Below, piece after piece: positions 47,838 through 55,876 of a stretch of DNA of 55,876 bases. Both the position numbers and the translations under genes were made by a program. How positions within the stretch are numbered: the first letter of the stretch is position 1; every line of letters starts with the position of its first letter. Source of the DNA: Chara braunii (lineage: Eukaryota; Plantae; Charophyceae); contig BFEA01000044.1 of assembly GCA_003427395.1 (NCBI GenBank), positions 1,031,219 to 1,087,094 of the forward strand. Reading direction: 5' to 3'. The notes beneath the pieces were generated by a model, which was not told the DNA's origin, did no database searches, and saw only the letters and a program-made list of their open reading frames with translations.

Positions 47838-48678
47838 AACACAGCCACAGCTTGTAAACCGTAGGAGGGACGGAGACCGTGCCTGTTGTAGAGTTGGATA
47901 GGTAAATCACTGAACTGAAATCTGGGGAAAACATGAAAAGTTTTCCTCAGAGTTCGGCATTGGGCGGGGACGGGTGGATCCGCCTGTACAATAAAATTGA
48001 ATCTGTCTGCCCCTTGTTAGGTATTAGTTCACATGGACCTATCCTTTTTGTTCTCAGAGAAAGTTGGCCATCAGCATAACTGTATCGAACTGGTTTCCAG
48101 CAGAGTTCTTCCCAGTGCTGAGGCAGTGTGAGCTTCTGGAAATTCATTTTGTGGGATGGATACCAAGTTCCCTTCTGTTGTGAGTTTAGAGGGCTAAGGA
48201 AAGACCAGAATACTAGAACACGACGGTCAGTGTGGTGGTTCCTTTTGGCTGTAGCCGACAGTGCTTTCCTCTTGCTGTATGGGAAAAAAGATAGACAATC
48301 AGTGGCGTGCTGCTGATGTGTATGATGATACTATGATCACTTTTTGAACTTCATGGTTTTTTATATACAATCAGTTCCATCTTGATTTCAGCTCGGGCGG
48401 TATGGGAACAAGGCTCCAATCTATTCGTGGGGAGCAGCACGTGCTAGGAACCGGGCCCAGCGTCCCATATGGAACTTCACATAGACTTTGAAAATTGAGA
48501 TACCGGGGCCATTACCCGGCTTTGGCTATGAAAAATTGGAGCTACTTAGGAAATTACTGCGACAAACTTCAGAAATAGAGAAATCCAGAAAACGACTCAG
48601 GAACCCCCCATCGATTCCTGATCTGAAAGATGAAAGAAAGTGGGATATGTCCTTTCTGTCCCACTAATGGATACAGAA

Positions 48679-48681
<3 letters not shown>

Positions 48682-48762
<81 letters not shown>
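48682..48762. repeat. (CT)n microsatellite
   Basis: Directly visible. Confidence 0.95.
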
Positions 48763-48765
<3 letters not shown>

Positions 48766-48769
48766 GTTT

Positions 48770-49220
48770 GCCCCTCTCATTGCTGTGATGATGGGTGTGT
48801 GGCTGAAAGTTCTGAGGAGAAGTTTTGTTCATTCAGAATGTTAATGCTTTGAGTACTCTGTGGGTCAGGCGTCAGCCATAGCAGTCTTGGGGAATTCTCC
48901 ACGCCCCCCCCCCATGTTTTCTTTCTGCAGTTTGCTCCCGCACTGCTGCGATGATGTCTATGTGGTTGGAACTTCTGGCAAGTAGTTTCTTCAATTCAGT
49001 GTGATAATATTTTGAGCACTCTGTGGTTCAGGCGTCAGCCATGGCAGTCTTCGGGCACTCTCCCCCAACCCCTGAGTGTTTGCGTTTCTGGAGCTTCCCT
49101 CTCACTGCTGTGATGATCTGTATGTGGTTGAAACTTCTGGTGAGTAGTTTCCTTCATTCAGTGCGTTAATGTTTCAAGCTTTCTGTGGTTCAGGCATCAG
49201 CCTTGGCAGTCTCCAGGCAC
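48770..49220. repeat. ~162-bp tandem repeat, ~2.8 copies
   Basis: caYtgctgYgatgat...tctgtggKtcaggcRtcagcc...gcagtct starting at ~48772, ~48935 and ~49097. Confidence 0.85.
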
Positions 49221-49402
49221 AATTTTGGGATAAAGGGGCCATCGTGTCTCATGTGGGTTGTCCTTTGCTGAACTGGATGTGGGAGAGATTATGTGCATCA
49301 GAGTGGAAGTTGTAGGCGTGCTCAGCACCAATAGGTCCAGCAATCCTGATAATACCCCAATTCATGTGGTGTTAATCTTCTTTCTGCTTGTATCATGTGT
49401 TA

Positions 49403-52400
49403 TGAAAGGCCTTCCACGATTCAGACCCCAAAATCGGATCTCAGGGTCAAAGGCCCTGGTCAAGAGAAACCGAGTTCGTCAAATTCAGGAAAGTCACAGT
49501 CGGGTACCTTAGCAGTCTAGTCCAACAGGCACCCAGCAAACAGTCACATCTCAGGGACAAAAGTCACGTTCATAATGAAAAGTCATATTGAAGAGTCACA
49601 TCCCACGAGTGAAAGGGCAGTCCTATAGACTAGGGTTGTGTCCGAGAGGCAGGAGTCACAGTCCACAGTGAAAACCCATATGCCAAAACCGAAAAGTCAT
49701 GACTCAAAGGCCCAAGCAGCAGCAGACCAATGGAAATTCAGGAAGGTTCCAGGCCTTGACATTCAGAAGCAGACAGACCGTGGGGATGCGGTACCGGAAC
49801 CCAGTCAGGCCCGAAGAAGCAGAGGCTGGCACGAGTTGAAGTGCAATCCAAGACTACAAAAGGACTGGTCAGCCTACCATTTGGGAAGATTGCTCATTCG
49901 CAAGGAGTGTGGAAGTGCTGGTGCACTTGTGCGCTGTAGTGAGGGGCAGAGCGCTGAAGCCAGAGTGCTGCTCTAAGAGAGAGAGAGAGAGAAAGAAGAA
50001 GAGATTGCGCTGGCAGGGAGAAGGCAGCCATAGCTGCGCCAGTGCTGAGTGTTAGTAGTAGACTTCAGATGGTTAGTAGGCATATCAGTGGGTGTATTCA
50101 GAGTATATCCTTGAGTAGAAGTTAGTGTGTGTGCAGGCATGCAGGGAGAGAAGACACACAGTAAGGACATAGCTAGAGAGGAGACCAGCAAGAAGGGGAG
50201 ATACATAAGAGAGAAGAGCAGTGGGGAAAGAGATACTCACCTGAGAGCTTATGCTGGTTAATGGTTACCTTTGACATGCACTGATGAGCGCTGGTGCCTT
50301 GGAACTCTTATTGCTCTTGTAATAACTTGTTGGAATTCATAAGCTGCGCTACCTGTTCTTAATGTCTCTGGTCTCCAGTGTGAACTTCGTGTGATCTCAT
50401 ACATGCATGTGGTGTGAATAGGTGCGCTCACTGGTGTTGAACTAGAAGGTTCATTGCAAATTGGTATCTGAGCAGTTGCTCGCTGCATCCACTGGACATC
50501 GCTGGCAATGATTAAGGCCGGCGAGGAGGGAGATAAGGGAGTGAGTTGAGTGGGGAGAAGACTGGCGAAGGGGGTAGAGAACTAGGCCGAGGAAGAAGGA
50601 ACCTGTTGAGTGGTGATTACGCACCTGATTGCTGCTGCGTTGGAGCGTTGGAGCGGCAGTGGAGCTTCATCAACGAACGTTCATTGGAGTGTAGTGCATC
50701 CCCCCATTAAACCTGTATTGCTTGCTGATCTGTCTTGGTGTTTGGTACCTTCCTCATCCTACTGTCGCTGCTGGTGGGCTGGTCCGAATATCGTGACATA
50801 GTTGAGTCTAGTAACCAGTCCAATCGCTAAAAAAAAAAAAAGGTGTATACATATATAGTTATGGGGAGGTATTCAGCAGTCAGCAACAGTCAGACCCACT
50901 TGTGAGTTAGTAATTAGTAGTCGGGGTTAGATCTAAGTGGTGAGGAGGTGGAGGGTAGGTACCTGTGCCTTTGTTTACCATGGGCGATTACCCCATGTTC
51001 ACACTCCTATCCCTGTCTGTGCTATGGGGACCCCTACTTCGCTTATTATTTCCTCTTGGGTTCCAGCGAACCTTCTCCTCACATATGATGCTGAGGTCTG
51101 GGAAGTCGACGCAGGCCCAGACAGTTGAGGAACGGAAAGAGATAGACCGCCGTTTGGCAGAAAAGAAAAAAGAAAAGGAGGAGAAGTAAAGGAAGAAGGA
51201 GGCGGAGATGAAGAAGAAGTTGGAAGAGAAAGAAAAGATGGAGAAGGAGATGAAGGAGAAGGAGAGAAAAATGTTGGAGGAATTGAAAGAAGAAGAAGAA
51301 GAAAAAGAAGTAGTAGAAGAAGAAGAAGATGAAGGAGAAATGTTGGAAAGGAGAAGAACCCAGCTGCAGGAAAGAGAAGGCTGAGAGCAGTCAGGCTGGG
51401 GCAATCCATATACAACAATTGGAGACGCTGAACTAGATTGAGCAGTTCAGGTACAGGACTGAGTTTTCGGAAGAGGAGGAGAAAAATGCCTCTATTATTA
51501 AATTAGCCTCTGCAGCAGACGAGGTGGAAAATAATCTATTATTGGAGGAGAAGAAAGCAGAATTGAACAACAAGATGGTGGCGGCGAAAAGACAGGAGTA
51601 TAACGAAAAGAAAAGGATGAAAGAGGAGGGGTAGAGGCTGCAGAAGTTGCTGCAAGAGCAAAAAGGAAAACAAGCTGCCATACACGAATGGTTAGCTCTC
51701 TTGATTGACACCCTCCTCCACACTAACGAAGAACTCGCTGCCCTCCTTCGATCCGTTAGTAAAGTAGAGTTCCATCAGGGAGAGTTTGAGGGAACTTGGA
51801 ATAACTTCCTGCGCACAACCTCTCACCAAGTAGATGACTGAATCTTTGGATATTTAAAGCAGCTAGATGACGTCCTTACTGAAAAGGTAACTGACCCTGC
51901 CGTAGTAAGGAAGTTGAAGATTGGGGTCGGGGGAGGAGATGGAGGCGATGATGGAGATGATGGGGACAAGAAAGGAAAGGGTCCCAGGAAGGAGAAAGAC
52001 GGAGAAGCAGAGGAGTTGCGTTGAACCTATACGGAGAAGAAAGAAGAAAGTATTTTCTACTGGGAGACGGCTATGGATACATACATGTACGAACGAAAGA
52101 TTCCATACTGGGATCGTGTGTTGATGGCAAGTTCATGGATGGCAGGGGACGCAATGAGTTCCGCTATCTCTTTGATGAAAGAGGCTGGCTGCACAACCAT
52201 GGTTAGGTATTCTCAACGGATGCGGATCGAAGACTTCTTCAAAGCCCTTAGAGAAAGATTTGAAGATAAGAATCTGGCCCGTAGGACTAAGTCTTTGATC
52301 CTTAACATTAGTGACCGTAAATGGAAGAGTGTGTTAGCCCTCAAGGCCACAATGGATGAACTGTTGCAATGCCCGGATCATGGATTAACACCGGCACAGA

Positions 52401-55400
52401 TCCTAAACAACTTTGCTAGAGTATTCCCAGACCACCTAAAAACACAACTATATCCCTGCACTAAAGAAGAAGGAATGACATATGAGAAGTTTAGTAAGAT
52501 CAATGTAGATCACGCTGACTTCCTGCAAGAGACACAATATTGTCATTACTGGAAAGACCTGCAGGTTGGCAAGAAATGGAAAGACCGAACAATTTCGGGA
52601 AATATAGTAGGCAAAGATAACCTATTGGTAACCTTCGAAGAAGGAGGGGTAAAATCACTTACCTATGACCAGATAGACTATGGGTTAGAAGATGGAAGCA
52701 ATAGTCACTTAGCCCAGGGAGGGGACTATGCGGCTGTTGCAACCCGCGGGGGAGGGCGACGAGGAGGAAGAGCTCGTGGTAGAGGAAGATGAGGCTGCAG
52801 TCGAGGTGGAGGAAGAGGGTCCACGCCGAGAGGGGTAGTGGCGAAGGTAGCTACTTATGTGGGAGGAAGGGGTAATGGTCCCTCACAAGGTGGTAGAGGT
52901 CCCAACTCCATAGGGGGTAGAGGTAGAAGTAATTGGCGGCCATATCCAACCCATCTTGGAATTCCCATAGGCAAACCGTGAGAACAAATGGGAATAGAAG
53001 AAAAAGTCTGGCAAGAAAGGAAGGTTGTCGGACAATGTTTCAAATGTGGTGATCCCGACCACATTGTTCCCTTTTGTCCTGAATATAGGTACCCAAAAGG
53101 GAACAACCAGTAGAGGTTTTAGTTGCCTCGACAGGGACTATGGATGCAAGCAGACTGTCATCCTCGCATCAAGACATCCCAATGGCAGAGACTGAGACGC
53201 GAAATGGCCCCCACCTAATTAACTGTCCAAAGGTTGTGTGTGTTAGAACCTCTCTAGGTGGTTCCCCTACAGGCATAGGTGATGAACTAATCACTCGTTG
53301 TCGCGCTTGGGCCGAAATGAAGAAAAAGAAAGGTTAGTTAATAATTGTAGATGTCGAAGTCACAGGAGTCAGGGTTGGCACACTAGTGGACAGTGGGTCA
53401 ACACGCAACTATATCAGTAAGAAGGTTTGCAAAAGCTGCGGTTAGGGCTTAAGGTTCATAAGAACAACCCATCGTGAGTAAACTAGCAGATAACAGGAAA
53501 ATGGTGGTTGATAGATATGTTGAAGGGGTTAAGGCATACTTCCGGTTGGAGGCAATGGGAAAGGTGAAACATGTTCTGCACTCCCTGACACTCTTCGTGG
53601 AGGACAACCTCCCTTTCGACATGATTCTAGGAACTGATTGGGGTGAGGCCGCCAATGCAGATGTGAAACTGGGTGAGCATGACAATTGTTTGCCTAGTCC
53701 TACAAGTGGAAAAAAGAAGATTCGACTTTACCATGCATCTAGCGTAGATAATAGCCTATCCCTTTGTTGCATAAGTGCCCCCGCGTTCGCCCAGCATGTG
53801 GTTAAGAATGACCTCGCCGACCAAGTGTTTGTTGCATATGTGCGCCCGGTGAGTGAAAGTAAGAAAGAGAAAGAGCCTATTCCCCCCAATGTGCAAAAGT
53901 TATTTGTTGAATTCGCTGATGTTGGAGAGGCCCAAAGTGTAGTGGTTGAAAGAGAAACCAAGCACTGAATAGAGTTAGAACCCGGTAGCCGGATTCCCAA
54001 GGGCCCTATCTATAGGATGTCTCCAAAAGAGTTGGATGAACTGTGAAAGCAATTGGATGAATTGCTTGAGCAGGGGTGGATTAAACCAAGTTCCTCGCTA
54101 TTCGGTGCACCAATCTTGTTTGTGCCAAAGAAGGGCGGCGAACTGCGTATGTGCATAGACTATAGGGGACTTAACGCAATAACAGTTAAGAATGTTGAAC
54201 CATTACCACGTATAGACGATCTCCTGGATAGAGTTCAGGGTTGCAGTTATTTCTCCAAGATTGATCTCAAATCGGGTTACCATCAAATTGAGGTATTGCT
54301 TGAGGATCGACACAAAACGGCTTTCCGAACAAGATATGGCCACTATGAGTTTGTGGTAATGCCTTTTGGTTTGACTAATGCCCCTGCAACCTTCCAATGA
54401 TGCATGAATGAACTTTTTCGTGAATGGCTTGACAAGTTTGTCGTTGTTTTTCTTGATGATATATTGATTTTTTAGTAAGAGTCTGAAAGAGCATGAGGAA
54501 CACCTTCGAGTTGTGCTTAATAAACTACGAGAGGCAAAATTCAAGATAGAAGTGTGAGTGGGCAAAGCGTTAGGTCCTTTACTTGGGACGTATGGTAGAT
54601 GGTGATGGGATTAAACCGGAAGACGCTAAGATTGCAGCCATTAGAGATTGGCCTAACCCACGCACGTTGACGGAACTGCGCTCGTTTTTTTGTCTGACCA
54701 ACTATTACCGCAAGTTTCGTTCGGAACTTTACGGTAATTGCTGCCCTATTGCGCAAATTGTTAAAGAAAGAAACTTTATGGGAATGGGATCAGGATTGTA
54801 CTGCATCCTTCAAGCGTTTAAAAAAATGTTTGATTAATTACCCAGTGTTGAAAGTTGCGGATCCATCTCTACCCTTTATTGTAACCATGGACGCCAATCC
54901 ATATGGGATTGGTGTTGTAATCCAGCAAGACAATGGGAATGGGTACAAAGTTACTTTAATCCTATGGAATTCATGTCCTGTAGACTGTCTAGCGAAAAGG
55001 TCGCCGCTTCTACCTATGAGAGAGAGTTGTTCGCATTGAGGGAAGCATTGAATCACTGGCGATATTACCAGCTAGGACGCCACTTTAAAATCTGAGACAC
55101 TTTGCTGGCTAAAAACCCAGGCCCGGATGACACCTAAATTGACTAGGTGGGCTGGGGAGATTGATCAGTTTGTCTTTGAATTGAAGCCAGTAAAGGGTAC
55201 AATGTTGTCGCTAACGCATTGAGTAGAAGAGCAGACTTTTTCGGTGTCATTGTCACATACTTAGATGCAAGCACTGAACTGCAGGAAAAGATTAAGTCTG
55301 CCTACGCAAGTGATCTAGTCTATAGCCAGTTGATTGGCAAGGTGCAGACAACATCTTACGAAGTAAGGACTATATAGTAACGCAGGGACTGTTGTTCGAA

Positions 55401-55652
55401 AAGACAGATGTCCATGANGTTGATTGGCAAGGTGCAGACAACATCTTACGAAGTAAGGACTATATAGTAACGCAGGGACTGTTGTTCGAAAAGACAGATG
55501 TCCATGACCGACTATGTGTTCCGAACAGCCAAGAAATTTGTAGCATAATACTTGGGAAAACCACAATATTGAGGGGCACTTCAGATGGAGAAAGACGTAT
55601 GCTAACCTCCTACACTCCTACACGTGGCCAGGAATGAAGCATGATTGCATCT

Positions 55653-55654
<2 letters not shown>
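49403..55654 (+). mobile_element. Ty3/gypsy element 3 (related to gypsy 1), decayed, interrupted in the integrase by a LINE
   Basis: LTR ~49403-50458 (TGAAA...ATTGCA like gypsy 1; start inferred), PBS TGGTATCTGAGC 50462-50473, gag-pol follows. Confidence 0.88.
50980..55654 (+). pseudogene. gag-pol of gypsy 3 (E/K-rich N-terminus, gag, CFKCGDPDHIVPFC, protease LVDSGS, RT, RNase H, integrase start)
   Basis: VLHSLTLFVEDNLPFDMILG is near-identical to gypsy 1; [39 protein letters not shown]. Confidence 0.93.
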
Positions 55655-55689
<35 letters not shown>

Positions 55690-55876
55690 AAATTTTTATT
55701 CAAAATGAAGATTGAGGCCAGGGTCCTCACAGTCTACCCGGAGTAACCGAACCGAACATGCTGAGAATCGGGCTTAGCGTCCCTCATATGATGATGATGG
55801 TGATACTAATGATCAGGGTTGTCACGCGGGGATCCCCGGGGCCCAAGCCGGGGTAGGGGTTTCACCCCCGGACCCC
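55655..55876 (-). mobile_element. Poly(A) tail and 3' end of a probable non-LTR retroelement (runs off window)
   Basis: ~31-nt T-run abruptly interrupts the integrase; AATAAA on the minus strand near the tail; unrelated sequence follows. Confidence 0.6.

Noticed and set aside
48770-49220. Box C/D snoRNA cluster (GTGATGA...CTGA in the first repeat unit)
   Set aside because: The CTGA D boxes are not conserved at the equivalent positions in the other units and no terminal stem is evident.
55329-55507. Exact ~89-bp tandem duplication in gypsy 3
   Set aside because: Identical copies separated by a single N; typical contig-overlap scaffolding artefact.

Overview
Eukaryotic, TE-dense genomic window with six assembly gaps. 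The plant-type U6 sequence, tRNA-iMet-primed chromoviruses, L1-clade LINEs and Helitrons point to a green-plant lineage; a streptophyte alga such as Chara is plausible, but this is inference. Most of the window is nested, decayed transposons: one L1-like LINE with a twin-priming-type 5' inversion (1374-8253), three Ty3/gypsy LTR elements (18591-27864 -, 28701-42227 +, 49403-55654 +; the first two show an integrase chromodomain), a Helitron inside the second gypsy, further L1 3' ends and several MITEs. The most notable items are (i) three U6 snRNA-derived retro-sequences within about 34 kb: two full-length poly(A)-tailed copies with TSDs and one apparent U6-U2 chimera; (ii) one intact host CDS (47052-47837) that looks like a circularly permuted 2H-phosphoesterase with a His-to-Lys change in one catalytic motif; (iii) an L1 ORF1 with a possible Nudix-like C-terminal domain, coupled to ORF2 by an ATGA overlap. 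All comparisons were made by eye; no database searches were run.
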